This document shows positions 29,749 to 43,073 of a stretch of DNA of 64,000 nucleotides, one piece after another. Source of the stretch: an uncultured Candidatus Rokubacteria bacterium (lineage in GTDB: Bacteria > Methylomirabilota > Methylomirabilia > Rokubacteriales > CSP1-6); the NCBI GenBank assembly GCA_963754315.1, contig CAVWFS010000013.1, forward strand, positions 160,001 through 224,000, given 5' to 3'. The stretch's first letter is position 1, and every line of letters starts with the position of its first letter. Position numbers and translations under genes: made by a program. The notes beneath the pieces were generated by a model. The model had not been told where the DNA came from. It saw only the letters and a list, made by a program, of their open reading frames with translations, and ran no database searches.

Positions 29749-31532
29749 ATGACTCGCCTGCGCCTCATACTTCCTGACGCGTGGTCGATCATCCGCCCGT
29801 ACTGGTTCTCGGAGGATCGCTGGGCCGCCCGGGGACTCCTCCTCGTCATCGTGTCGCTCACCTTGGGGATGGTGTACATCAACGTTCTCTTCAATCAGTG
29901 GAACAACGCCTTCTTCAGCGCCCTGCAGGACAAGGATCAGAACGCCTTCCTCCACCAGCTCATCCGGGTCGTCTGGCTGGTGGCCGCGTACATCGTCTTG
30001 GCGGTCTATCAGCTCTACTTGAACCAGATGCTCGAAATCCGCTGGCGGCGCTGGCTCACCGAGCGCTACCTTCGTGCGTGGCTGGCCGATGGCGCCTACT
30101 ATCGGATGCAGCTCGTGGAGGGCGAAACCGACAACCCCGATCAGCGTATTGCCGAAGACGCTCACCTCCTCACGACCCACACCCTCGCTCTGCTCATCGG
30201 AGGCCTGCGGGCGGTGGTCACCTTGGCGACCTTTGTGGCCATCCTCTGGGGACTCTCCGGAACGTTGACCGTCCCCCTGGGCGGGTTCTCCCTGACCCTG
30301 CCCGGCTACATGGTGTGGGTCGCCATCCTGTTTGCCCTCGCCGGCACCTGGCTCACCGACTGGATCGGCCGCCCACTCGTACGGCTGAACTACGACCGTC
30401 AGCGGTCGTGAAGCCGACTTCCGGTTCGGGCTCGTCCGCTTCCGCGAGAACACGGAGGGCGTGGCGCTCTATCGGGGGGAGGCCGACGAGCTCCGCGGCT
30501 TCCGCGAACGATTCACGGCGGTGGTGCTGAACTGGTGGGACATCATGCGCCGGCAGAAGCGGCTGACCAGCTTCACCGCCGGGTACGGGCAAGCGGCGTG
30601 GATTTTCCCGTCCGTGGTGGCGGCGCCGCGCTACTTCCGTGGCGAGCTTCCCCTCGGCGGGCTCATGCAGACCATCGGAGCCTTCAACCAGGTCCAGGAT
30701 TCACTCAGCTTCTTTGTCCAGTCGTACAAGGAGATCGCTGCCTGGTGCGCGGTGGTCGCGCGGCTCGCCGGCTTCGAGCGTACCCTCGAGCGCGTACATC
30801 ATCCAGGCCGCGGCCGGCGGCGGCGTCCGCCGCGCCGACGGGGCCGCCTCGCAGCTGGCCATTGACGGTGTCGATCTGTGCCGTCCCGATGGTCAGCCGC
30901 TCATCGTGAACGTGAATCTCACACTGCAGCGCGGTGACACGGTTCTCCTGGGGGGAGCATCGGGTTCGGGGAAGAGCACGCTCCTGCGTGCCATCGCCGG
31001 GATCTGGCCGTTTGGACGGGGCGAGATCCGCGGCTCACGCGACGCTCGGGTCCTCTTTCTACCGCAGAAACCGTACCTGCCGATCGGCACGCTCCGAGAA
31101 GTGGTGAGCTATCCGATGCCGGCCGGCGGTGTGGACGACGCGACGGTGCGCGAGGCGCTCGCAGCCGTGGGATTGCCTGACCTCGCGGGGCGGCTCGACG
31201 AGGCCGGCCACTGGGCGCTCCAGCTCTCCCCCGGCGAGCAACAGCGCATTGCCTTTGCGCGCGCCCTGATCCAGAAGCCCGACTGGCTCTTCCTCGATGA
31301 GGCGACCTCGGCGGTGGACGAGGCGACGGAGGAGCGCCTCTATCGACTGGTACGCGAGCGGCTGGGGGACGCGAGTGTGTTCAGCGTGGGTCATCGGGCG
31401 ACGCTCCGTCCCTTCCACGTTCGCCAGCTTGTCGTGCAGCCCAACGGGAGCGCCCCCGCCTCCATCGTGGAAGTGACCGCTACGCCCGAGGGCAATCGCA
31501 TCATCCCGCGCCGGGGGCCCGGTTCGCCTTGA
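29749..31532 (+). CDS. BacA/YddA/Rv1819c-type ABC permease-ATPase, two apparent frameshifts (~30405, ~30803)
   Basis: PYWFSED; DNPDQRIAED; EADFRFGLVRFRENTEGVALY; GASGSGKS; LSPGEQQR; LDEATSA. Confidence 0.85.
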
Positions 31533-32448
31533 ACCAATCGACCGTCTGGCGCAAGCCCTCGGCGAGCGGCGTTGGCGTGTGGCCCTGCACCTGTTCGGCC
31601 GCCAGTACCGAGCGCTCGACGTCGCCCGCCCGGCGAGGGCCATGGCGGATGTCCGCGGGCGTTCCCACGGTGGCCGCGAGCGCGTGCGCCAGCGCGAGCG
31701 TGTTCGTGGCCTCGCCCGTACACACGTTGACGATCGGCGCCGCGATGGCACCATCAACCGCGAGACAGTTGTAGAGCACGACGTCGCCGACGTACACATA
31801 GTCGCGCACGCAGCCCGCATCGCCGACCTGGCGCCGCGCGTTGACCTGGATCGGTTGTGCACTCAGCAGCCGCTCGGTGAAGATGGCGACCACGCCGGCT
31901 TCACCATGGGGGTCCTGGCGCGGTCCGTACACGTTGGCGTAGCGCAGCACGGTCGAGGCCAAGCCGTGCTCGTGCGCATAGGCGCGCAGGTAGCACTCTA
32001 CGGCAAACTTCGAGCAGGCATACGGGCTGAGTGGCCGCGGCGGCTGCTGCACGGTCGCCCGCTCGCCCTCTGGGACCTCGCCGTAGACGGCGCCGCCGGT
32101 GCTCGCATACACCACGCGCCGCACCTTGCTCCGCACGCACTGTCCGAGGAGCTCGAGACTGCCGACCACGTTGATCGTGGCGTCGTGCACGGGCTCGCGC
32201 GTACTCACCGCCACACTGCTCTGGGCGGCCTGATGGTCCACGATCTCGGGCTGAAACTCGTCGAACACGCGCTGCAGGAATGCGGCGTCGCGGATGTCGC
32301 CCTGCCGAAACTCGGCGCGGCGCGGGACGTTCTCGCGCCGGCCCGTGCTCAGATCGTCGACAACCAGCAGGGAATGGCCGCGCTCGAGGAGCGCGTCGGC
32401 CACGTGGCTGCCAATGAAGCCCGCACCACCGGTCAGCAGAATTCTCAT
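31501..32448 (-). CDS. NAD-dependent nucleotide-sugar epimerase/dehydratase (GalE-like)
   Basis: TGGAGFIGSH; ASTGGAVYG; YACSK; LRYANVYGPRQ. Confidence 0.9.
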   Translation of the reverse strand: MRILLTGGAGFIGSHVADALLERGHSLLVVDDLSTGRRENVPRRAEFRQGDIRDAAFLQRVFDEFQPEIVDHQAAQSSVAVSTREPVHDATINVVGSLELLGQCVRSKVRRVVYASTGGAVYGEVPEGERATVQQPPRPLSPYACSKFAVECYLRAYAHEHGLASTVLRYANVYGPRQDPHGEAGVVAIFTERLLSAQPIQVNARRQVGDAGCVRDYVYVGDVVLYNCLAVDGAIAAPIVNVCTGEATNTLALAHALAATVGTPADIRHGPRRAGDVERSVLAAEQVQGHTPTPLAEGLRQTVDWFKANRAPGAG

Positions 32449-32514
32449 GCGGTGAGCATAGCGTGAAACGCGGAGGCCGGAGCTCTGGCGAGCCGCGGCC
32501 TCCCGGGGACTGGA

Positions 32515-34375
<1,861 letters not shown>

Positions 34376-34383
<8 letters not shown>

Positions 34384-36916
34384 GCTCGCCCATCCGTTTT
34401 TGGGAGGCCACGGCCTGCAGAATCCGGCCCAACGCGATCCCTGACTCGTACAACGCGCCCGCGAGCAAAAAGATCCACCCCGCGACCAGCACCGTGGTGG
34501 CGGCCCACTCCTGCCTGGCGGCGGCCACCCACGCCAGCACGGTGAGCAAGGTCAGCACTCCGATGACCGTTGCCGACCATCGCGGCCATATCTTGAAGCG
34601 CATCAGCTGCCGGCCAGCGCCGTGCTCCTCCACGGCCATCCGCACACGGGCGGATCCGAGGAGGCCCGCCGGCACCTCCAGGTCCCAGCGATCCCACGCT
34701 GACCCGCGGCGCGCTCCCCTCCCGGTGCTGCGCAGGACCCCCTCGACGGAGCTCAGCAAGTCTTCGGGCGCCAGCCACTTTTCGCTCCAGATCCGTGCCA
34801 GCCGCGGCAGCGGGACCTGAAAGGGCATGGCCCCCCGGCGTCGCCAGGGCGTGAGTCCGTGACGCAGGCGCCCGAGCAGGCGTGCGGCCGGCTGCATGAG
34901 ATGGAGCATGGCGGTGACGATCATCAGCCGCGGCCAACCCGGGCCGTTGACCGAATCGGAGGGAAACCGGGCGCGGCGGGCGGCGCGGCCCGCTTGATAG
35001 ACGGACAGGCTCGCGGCGGCCACGAACAGCAACGAGGCCGGGCGCAACGCGGTGGACAGCACTCCCACTCCCGCGAGAAGGGCCAGCGCCAGCACGACCA
35101 GGTACCATTCCGGCATCAGCGGAATGGACGCCAACGTACCGGGCTCCGCCTGGTACATACGCTGGAAGGGCGCGTGCCCCCACACGCCGTGATAGATGCG
35201 AGCCTGGCGCCACCCGAAGGCTTCGGCCAGTCCCTTCCCGTACAGGCGCCCAGCCCAGACGAGATGTCCGGCCGGGTTGTACTTTTCCGGCCATTTCTGC
35301 TCGAGGAGCGCCTCGGCCCGCCCGTAGCCAACCTGCTGGCGCCAGTAGGCACGGATGGAGTTGCGGCGGTGATGCCAGACCATGGCCGCCGGATGAAAGC
35401 CGAGCGTCCCGCCGCGCTCCTGCAACCGCCAGCAGACGTCGACATCATCGCCGGCGGCGCGGAAGCGCGGATCGAAGCCGCCGATGGCCTCGAGGGCCTC
35501 TCGGCGGAAGGCCATGTTGCATCCGGGAATGTGCTCGGCCACCTGATCCGAGAGTAATACGTGCACGGGACCGCCGGGAGCGTTCGCCACACAGTCCGCG
35601 ATGGGGCCATCGCCGGGCGGCGCGATGTTGGGGCCTCCGACGCCAACGTGTTCGGTACGGAGAAAGGCATCCGCCAGGTAGGTCAGCCAGTGCGGCTCGG
35701 GCCGCGCGTCGTCGTCTGTATAGGCGATGATCTCGCCGCGGGCTACCATGAGTCCGAGGTTCCGGGCGTTGCCCAGCCCGCGGTTTGCCGTACTGATGAC
35801 GCGAAAGCCAAACGAGCGGGCGATGGCGGCCGTGGCATCGGTGGAGCCATCGTCGATGACGACGACCTCATAGTCGGGGTACTCGAGACGCCTGAGTCCG
35901 TCGAGGCAGTTGCCGATGGTGGCGGCCCCATTGTAGCTACACACGATCACCGACACGGAGGGCAACTTGAGTCGGCGCGGTAGGGGAAGATCCGCGAGTG
36001 CCGCTCGCACGCGTCCCAGCGCAGGCTTGGGGCTCCGGTCGCGACGGGTCAGGCCAAAGTCCCAGTCCTCGACCTCGTACCCGCCGCGGTGCCACTCGTC
36101 CGTCCACGCGAAGATGAACGCACCCGCGCAGCCGGCGGCAAAGGTCGTCCGCACCTGCCAGTCGAGCACCCGCGCCTGGGCGTCCTCTCCCGCTCGGCGA
36201 CTGTCGAAGCCGATCTCGCCCATGAGGAGCGGCCGGTCGCCGGCCACGTTCTGCAAGCGTGCCAGATATGCGCTCAGACGCTCCTGCTCCTCGAGGTACA
36301 CGTTGAAGCACAGGAAGTCGAGTCCGGCAGGATCGAGGTATTCCGTCGACGGATAGTTGACGTAGGTAACGAGACACCCGGGATCCTCGGTCCTGGCAGC
36401 GTTGGCAAGCCGCTCGATGAAGCGCTCCACACGCAGCGGACTGTGCCAGCGAACGATGCTGGCGGGAATCTCATTGCCCACGGCGTAGGCGAGCAGTGCG
36501 GGATGCCCCGCGCAGGCGCGGACCCCGGCCCGAACCCGATCCTCGATGTCGGCGGCGCGTGCGGAATCGTCCAGAAACGCGATGTGCTGCTCCCAGGGCA
36601 GCCCCACCATGACGTAGAGATCGTTCTGGTGAGCCAGATCCAGGAGCCATCGCGGGGGGACCGTGTACGTGCGGAGGGCGTTGAAACCGTGCGCCGCCAT
36701 GGCCTCGAAATCGCGCCGCACCGTGTCGGGCGTACCGTACTGGCTTCCACGATCGTTGGGCCGGAAGGTGCCGTAGGTGACGCCGCGTATCCAGAGCTTC
36801 TGATTGTCAAGTTCGAGGAACTTGCCCGCGACCTGTGGCCGCCGGGCCACCACCTCTGGAGTGGGCGCCGGCTCTGTCGGGGCGAGGACAAGCGTCGAGA
36901 CCTCAGTCGGGCTCAT
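34376..36916 (-). CDS. Fusion of a clan GH-A (GH2-like) TIM-barrel glycoside hydrolase, GT2 glycosyltransferase and C-terminal TM helices
   Basis: GH: IRGVTY, GFNALRTY, AVGNE, LMGEIG, WTDEW; GT2: VIVCSYN, DDGSTD, YTDDDA, GCNMAF, GDDVD; hydrophobic C-terminus. Confidence 0.85.
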
Positions 36917-36965
36917 CGGCTAGGGGGTTCCCTCACAGGGTTTCATTCACACGAGGTCTCAGGCG

Positions 36966-37009
36966 GGCAAACTACTTGCCACATGGCGTCAGACGGTAAG
37001 TAGTTGAAA
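36966..37009 (-). promoter_or_regulatory. Sigma54 promoter with adjacent IHF-like site
   Basis: Minus strand TGGCAAGTAGTTTGCC (36981-36966) and TTTCAACTACTTA (37009-36997; one mismatch to WATCAANNNNTTR) in an AT-rich patch. Confidence 0.78.
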
Positions 37010-37118
37010 TATTGCTAATCTCTACGCTGAGAGGCGGGCCGGCGCCGTGTAAATTCTACAGAGGTTGTATCGATTCGTGACAGTGTGCCCAAGAGGTCGG
37101 CAACTGGTCCAACCAATC

Positions 37119-37985
37119 TCACCTCGTCTTCTGAAACGCCTGGTGGCCCCACAGCCATTCATCCCGCCACGTCTGCGTGAAGCCCTGCACGGTCAGGCGC
37201 TCCAGAACGGGACCGAAATCGAACACGATGTGCTGCGGACGGTCCGGGTCAGGCTCGGCGGCGAAGCGGCCGAAGAGAAACCCGCCGCGTTTCAACGCGA
37301 TCGCAAGATGATCGACAGCCTTGACCGGATCGGAGAGATGCTCGAAGACGTCCATGGCCGTGATCATGTCGAAGGCATCGGGTGGAAGAGCCGCGTCCTT
37401 CAGATCGATGAACTCCGCGGACAGGCCCCGGCGCTCCATGCGCCACCGGCTGAAGCGGAGCATCGTCGAGCTGATGTCGGCGTTGGAGACCTGAAAGCCG
37501 TGCCGAGCGAAGAGAAGACCGCCGGCCCCCACGCCGGCGCCGAAGTCGAGATAGCGACGACCGCTCTGCCGTTGACGTGCGAAATCCAGCGCGAGCACAT
37601 AGGCAAGTGGTCCATGGTCGTCCACGAGCGTGTGCCACCACATCAGCTCGAGGAGATACCCCTGCCCTTGATCGTAGAATCGTTCGATGGATCTGGTATC
37701 GGCGGGATCGACCAGCCGCCGCCAATCGTCGCTCAGCGCCCGCGTGGCGTCCTTGCAGGCCGACTCCAGCGCGGCCAGATCGACAGATCCGAGATACGCG
37801 GCCAGCTCGCTCAGGAGACTCTGCCGTAGGTCACCCCCTCCTTCGAGAATCAACGCCTCGGTCCAGATCGTCCGGTACTCGTCCAGCAATCGCTCTTGCT
37901 GAGACTCGGCGTCGGCCACCGTGAGCTGCGTGCGCTCCACCCGGCTCCACAACTCTTTCAGCCGATCCGGCAAGAGCATATCCAT
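37119..37985 (-). CDS. Class I SAM-dependent methyltransferase
   Basis: YLDFGAGVG; ADIS; FDMITAMDVFEHLSDP. Confidence 0.85.
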   Translation of the reverse strand: MDMLLPDRLKELWSRVERTQLTVADAESQQERLLDEYRTIWTEALILEGGGDLRQSLLSELAAYLGSVDLAALESACKDATRALSDDWRRLVDPADTRSIERFYDQGQGYLLELMWWHTLVDDHGPLAYVLALDFARQRQSGRRYLDFGAGVGAGGLLFARHGFQVSNADISSTMLRFSRWRMERRGLSAEFIDLKDAALPPDAFDMITAMDVFEHLSDPVKAVDHLAIALKRGGFLFGRFAAEPDPDRPQHIVFDFGPVLERLTVQGFTQTWRDEWLWGHQAFQKTR

Positions 37986-38099
37986 GGGGGAGCGCTCGGG
38001 GGGATTCTGGCCTCGGGCTAACGCAGACGAGCTTCGTAGGCCTGGACGGCATCAATCTAGCTCGAAGGGGAGAAGGCGGAGCCCGACCGATGCGCCGGA

Positions 38100-38524
38100 C
38101 GTCGACATACGTGAGGAGGCCGAGCCCCACCGGGACGTGCCGGCCCAGGCCGGTGTCCTCCATCACCACGGGGCGCCCCGCCGCCAGGTAGCAGCCACTG
38201 CGATCGCTGAACAACCACTCTTCCCGAGCGAGCATATCGGCCTCACGGGCGAGAACTCCCCGCGCGATTGCTGAATGTAGCTGCGGTACGAATCCGGATC
38301 GCGGGCGCGGTCGCCGGGCAAGGCGAGATTCCAGGCATGCGCGCGCTAAAGGGGGAAGATCGGGGTCGGAGTCGTCGATCGACAACCACTTCGATCGGCA
38401 TGGAGACGCGACGGGGCAGATCGATCACGGCCTTGAACGCCTCTGCCTTCTGGGCGTACCAGACCTTCCGCCATTCAAGCCAGCTAGGCGAGTGATAGCA
38501 GTCAAGATCGATTTGGTACCCCAT
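38100..38524 (-). pseudogene. Degraded C-terminal half of a third GT-B paralog
   Basis: Across frames: KAEAFKAVIDLPRRV; YRSYIQQSRGEFS; FSDRSGCYLAAGRPVVMEDTG, matching motifs of the 25640 and 26806 proteins. Confidence 0.75.
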
Positions 38525-40202
38525 TCACGGTTCGTCCCGGCTAGGATCGGCGAGCCCGACCTTGCGGTACGTCTCGCCCAGTGCCCGCAGGGCGTCCGTG
38601 TTCCCCGGTCAGGTCATAGATATGAATGGAGTGACCGATCCTCGCCGCGGGACGAAGCATACGTAGCCACGTGAAGAGCGGATACGAGTGCGTCTGAACC
38701 TCTTGCAGATTGAAGACGCTGATCGCCAAAAGTTTGCGCGGCAGGTCGTCGGGCACCCGATCGGCGGGTGGCGGCCACTCGAGGGGCCACGAGCCCGGCA
38801 CGTATTGGTAACGGATGCCGTAGTACGCCGGGGGAGCGGTGCCGAAATATGACAGATAGAGTATCGGGACGCCCTCCCGGTCCATGAAGGCGCCGAGGCG
38901 CTTGAGATCCTGCCCCCAGTCCAGATTTGAGTCGCTCAGGTATCGGTGGCCACGGGCTGGCCCTCCGACGAGCTCGTTGAAGTAGGCGAGCTGGTGCGGG
39001 GCGACGCGGAGCGCGGAGGCCGCGGCGAACGCGAGCGAAAGCGTGACGAGCAGCGGCATCAACCAGGCGGGGCCGAGCCGGATGGTCGCTACCCGGGCAG
39101 CGAGGACGAACAGCAAAGGATACACAGGCAGGACGTGCCGCACCCCGATGTTTATCCGCGCCTGCGTCATTGCGGCGAAGACCACAATCACCGGTACCAA
39201 CAAGAAGAGAGCCTCGCGCCGTCCGAGCGGCGCGCCCCGGCGAGCCATCACGAACGACGCGAGGATCAGCACGAGGCTCCCGACGGGCGTCTTAATCAGA
39301 AATGCGATCGGAAAGTATGCCCACCAGCCGTTGCTGGAGTACTGGCCGAGGAAGAAGCTCGGCACGCCAGCGGACCCAAGCGCGAGGAATTTGAGGAACC
39401 CGGACCACCACGGCGAGAGCCCGCAAAAGAGGCACGACATCGGGATCACCGCGAACGGCAGTACGAGGACAACGAACAATGTCCTCGTAGCGCGAGCCAG
39501 TCGGCGGCCTAGGGGCGCCGGGTCACGAACGAAGAGGGCCTCGCCGAAAATCACGATCGCGACGATCGGGACCAGCACGACGTTCGAGTACTTGGAAGCC
39601 AGAGCCAGGCCCATCGCCACACCCGCGCCGATGAGGTACCACAGCCACCGTGAACGCGCGTGTTCCCAGAGCAGGTAGAGCGTCAAGAGGAAGAAGAGAC
39701 TTGCGCCGGTGTCGGTGGTCACGAGCGAGGAGTGCGCGATTACGGTCGGATCCAACGCTGTCAGCGTCATGGTGACCAGCGCCGCCCAGGGCCCCCACAG
39801 CCGAGATGCCCACCAGCCCACGACTAGAAGGAGCAGCACGCCCAGGAGCACGTTGGGGATTCGTGCCAGCGCAAGCATCCAGTCAGCCGACAGACGCGAG
39901 CCGTACAGGAACGACTGGCCAATCGGGAACTCGGCCGCTGCGCGCCACTGCTCCGCCGGAGGCTCGAAGGGCAGGCGCTGCGTCAAGAAAATCGGGGAGG
40001 CGAACAGCATCTTGAGCAGAGGAGGGTTCTGGGGTTCCAGCCTGAAGTCGCGTCGGACCAGATAGGAGTACCCGGCCGCCACGTGCATCGCCTCGTCATA
40101 GGTGGGGGCGTAGCCGTGTACGAGGACGACACACTGAGCAAGAAAGCCCAGGAGTAGTCCCACTGTTGCGACGCGAGTAACCAGGACGTGCGGCCGTGCC
40201 AT
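38525..40202 (-). CDS. GT39/ArnT-like integral membrane glycosyltransferase (probable C-terminal +1 slip at a G run near 38605)
   Basis: PTYDE; NPPL; LVTTD; ALASKYS; GVRHVLP; DSNLDWGQDL; many TMs; the corrected frame ends TGNTDALRALGETYRKVGLADPSRDEP*. Confidence 0.82.
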
Positions 40203-40339
40203 TGTCCGGGTTCAACATACCCCAAAGCAGCGGGGGCTTTCCTGCCAGTAGCGAAGGACGAGCTCGGCGATCTCCTGCTCGGCCACGGTGTAGGCGGTTC
40301 TCGACGAGTTCCCGGTACCGCGCGGAGGACGGTGGGACC

Positions 40340-41020
40340 TTACTTCTTCGGGACTCGCGCCCGCATCGTGTCGAGCCTGGCGCGTAGCTCGGGGGTGACC
40401 TGCAGGCGTTCGTAGGTCTCCTTGAACAGCGCCTCGCCGACGATGCCGAAGTCCTGGCCGGCTTCGTCGTACTGCACCAGCCACTCGCCGCTCTTTCCCT
40501 GCAGGCGTCCCCAGGACGCGGTGACGGCAAACGGCTCCTTCATCTGCACGCCGAGGACCGGCATCGGCTTCTTGAAGAACTTGCCATCGTGCCCCATGCG
40601 CCCGCCTGCGACTGGCGAGTACGTGGCTTCAAAGGTCGCACGGGCAATGGGCCATGTGTCGCCCTTGGTGCCGGTCATGATCGCATCAGTGACCTTGAAG
40701 GCAACCCCCGGGTCGCCGGCGGCCGTCTCCCTCGTGCGAATGTGCCCCTTGTTGTAGGGCGCATCCGTTCGAGACAGATCCTTGGTCACGGCGAAGTGGA
40801 CGTCGAGCGGGATGGGTCGCTTCTGAACCCAGATTGGAGACGGCAACGACGCCAGGCCACCCTCAGTCTTGAGGTAATCCATGTCTCGAACCGCACCAGG
40901 CGCGGCAGGCGGCGCCTGCGCGGAGGACTCTGGCGGCATGCTGATCGTCCAACACGCCACGATGAGTAGCCATGAGAGCCATCGATGCGACCACGAGTGC
41001 ATTCGACAAGCCATCGTCAC
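40340..41020 (-). CDS. Secreted protein with two tandem PGDYG-like domains
   Basis: Signal-like WLLIVACWTISMPPESSAQ; repeat 1 KRPIP...TDAIMTGTKGDTWPIARATFEATY; repeat 2 KKPMP...GEWLVQY...FGIVGEALFKETY. Confidence 0.6.
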   Translation of the reverse strand: MTMACRMHSWSHRWLSWLLIVACWTISMPPESSAQAPPAAPGAVRDMDYLKTEGGLASLPSPIWVQKRPIPLDVHFAVTKDLSRTDAPYNKGHIRTRETAAGDPGVAFKVTDAIMTGTKGDTWPIARATFEATYSPVAGGRMGHDGKFFKKPMPVLGVQMKEPFAVTASWGRLQGKSGEWLVQYDEAGQDFGIVGEALFKETYERLQVTPELRARLDTMRARVPKK

Positions 41021-41313
41021 GCGATCTTAGCACCCGGCCTATCACCCCGGTTACGTGCTACCCGCGTCCGGTAAAAGCGTGTTCCCGGTGCTCCCGAGAA
41101 TCACACATGCATACTTGGGCTGGCGCGCCGTGATGAGCCAGCCCAAGTCTGCCCTCGAGGTCTTTACCACCATCGGCCGGGCTCGCGGTATCTGCGACGC
41201 CGCGATCAGGACTTGCTCCGTTGAGTTGACGCATAATGCCGCCTATCGGTGTCAGGGGGACGCGGCGTCGAGCGGCGTCAATCGCAGCGAACACCCAGCG
41301 TGGAGGGTCCGCC

Positions 41314-42273
41314 ATGACAAACACCATCCGCCTACTTTTGGCAGGCCTCGGCCTCGTGCTCTTCGGCGCCACGGCGGCGTCGGCGCAGGACTGGAAGCCG
41401 CTCGCCTCGGCGCAGCGGTGCCCGTCGAGGTGGGGCGCCGCGGACGAGCGTGGCGCCGCCAATCACATGACGTCCGAGACGGTCATGAAGGCCGTCCGGC
41501 TCGTCAAGGAGGGCAAGATCTACGAGCTCGGTCGCGTGCTGGAGCCGGCCATGCCGCTGTTCGGTCTCCGTAAGTTCAACCTCTACACCCTGCGCACCGG
41601 CGCATCGGCCGGTCCCAACGAGCTTCGCGGCAACGAGGAGACCGTCACCACCGAGCTGGGGCAGGTCGGCACCCAGTTCGATGGGCTGCCCCACATCGGA
41701 ATCGCCGACGAGCTGTACAACTGTAACAAGACCGACGCGGTCGCCACCCGCACAGGCTTTACGAAACTCGGCGTGGAGAAGGTCGGCGCGCTGTTCACGC
41801 GGGCCGTGATGCTAGACGTGGCCGCGGCCAAGGGCGCGCCCATGCTCGACGTGGGCTACGAGATCACAGTGGCCGACCTCGAAGCAGCGATGAAGCGCCA
41901 AAACGTGAGCATCGGTCGGGGCGACGCCGTGCTGATCAGGACCGGCTGGGGTCAGCTCTGGCTGAAGGACAACGCGCGATACAACAGCGGTCAGCCCGGT
42001 CTCGGCATCGCCGCCGCCGAGTGGTTGGCGAAGCTCGATCCCATGCTGGTAGGCAGCGACAACTGGGGGATCGAGGTGCGGCCGAATCCGAACAAGGACC
42101 TGGTGTTCCCCGTCCACCAGGTCTTCATCACGACCCACGGCATCTTTCTGCTGGAGAACCTCGATCTCGAGGGGATGGCCCGCGACCAGGTGTCCGAGGC
42201 TGCGTTCATCGTCCAGCCGCTCAAACTCAAGGGCGGCACCGGCTCGACGGTGGCGCCGATCGCGGTGAAGTAG
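41314..42273 (+). CDS. Secreted cyclase-family (kynurenine formamidase/isatin hydrolase-like) metallohydrolase
   Basis: Signal peptide; WGAADERGAAN; QVGTQFDGLPH; GDAVLIRTGW; GSDNW; LLENL; GGTGS. Confidence 0.85.
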   Translation: MTNTIRLLLAGLGLVLFGATAASAQDWKPLASAQRCPSRWGAADERGAANHMTSETVMKAVRLVKEGKIYELGRVLEPAMPLFGLRKFNLYTLRTGASAGPNELRGNEETVTTELGQVGTQFDGLPHIGIADELYNCNKTDAVATRTGFTKLGVEKVGALFTRAVMLDVAAAKGAPMLDVGYEITVADLEAAMKRQNVSIGRGDAVLIRTGWGQLWLKDNARYNSGQPGLGIAAAEWLAKLDPMLVGSDNWGIEVRPNPNKDLVFPVHQVFITTHGIFLLENLDLEGMARDQVSEAAFIVQPLKLKGGTGSTVAPIAVK

Positions 42274-42475
42274 GTGCGGTGAAACAGGCACGCCGCGGCC
42301 CGATCCGCGACCGCGGCGCGCCAGAACCGTTCGTGTCGTTCGCCGCAGAATCGCGGCCAGCCCGGTCGCTACCTCGCGCTCCCCACCGGGGGAGGCCGGC
42401 TGATCCTGACTGGGAAGAGCCTGACCTTCGGCGGTGCCGGAAGGCAACGGACCGCGGTGCTATGATCCGGGCGAT

Positions 42476-42625
42476 GCCGACATGACGGGCACCACCGTGG
42501 AGACAACGATCCGCATCGTGAGCCGCTGGCTCACGGACGGGCTCGTCCGCGAGGAGGAGAACCGGCTCGTCCTCGTCAATGTCGCGGCGCTGCGTGACCT
42601 CGCGCAGGGCGAGAGCGGAGGGTGA
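42476..42625 (+). pseudogene. Crp/Fnr HTH C-terminal remnant
   Basis: ADMTGTTVETTIRIVSRWLTDGLV is the Crp-type recognition helix; no cNMP domain upstream. Confidence 0.7.
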
Positions 42626-43059
42626 CACCCCTCGTCCGGCGGTACATCAAGACGAGCTTCGTCTTCCTACTGGCCGGAGTCCTCATCGGTGGCTACATCG
42701 TCGTCGCCCAGTTCGTCGCAGGGACGTACCCGTCGCGGCTCCTGATCACGGCGCATGTCCACCTGCTGCTCGTGGGCTTCATGCTCATGATGGTGATGGG
42801 GGTGGCCACGTGGATGTTTCCGCGCCCGGCCAGGGAGGACACATCCTATCGTCCGGCTCTGGCGGAGGCCGTCTACTGGCTCATGACGATCGCTACCGCG
42901 CTGCGGGCGACGGCTGAAATCGTCAGCACCCTCTGGCCGTCCACTGTGCTCAGACTCGCCGTCGCGGTCGGCGGCATCGGACAGCTAGCGGGAACGTCAC
43001 TGTTCGTCGCGAACATGTGGTGGCGGGTGCGCATGCCGGCGACAGCGACGCCTCGCTGA
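42622..43059 (+). CDS. Small 4-TM membrane protein resembling a heme-copper oxidase subunit I fragment
   Basis: AHVHLLLVGFMLMMVMGVATWMFPR; GGAGG RBS; GTGA overlap. Confidence 0.55.
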   Translation: MTPLVRRYIKTSFVFLLAGVLIGGYIVVAQFVAGTYPSRLLITAHVHLLLVGFMLMMVMGVATWMFPRPAREDTSYRPALAEAVYWLMTIATALRATAEIVSTLWPSTVLRLAVAVGGIGQLAGTSLFVANMWWRVRMPATATPR

Positions 43060-43073
43060 GCAAGGCAGCTGCG

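Noticed and set aside
40212..40330. Coding-like stub ARYRELVE/TAYTVAEQEIAELVLRYWQES
   Set aside because: The parent family could not be identified, so it is mentioned only as a possible scar and not called as a feature.
42287..42321. GC hairpin after the cyclase gene as an intrinsic terminator
   Set aside because: A stem is present (CGCCGCGG/CCGCGGCG) but there is no U tract, and such stems arise easily at this GC content.
42622..43059. Functional cytochrome c oxidase subunit I
   Set aside because: Only 145 aa and about 4 TMs; it lacks the full set of His ligands and partner subunits.
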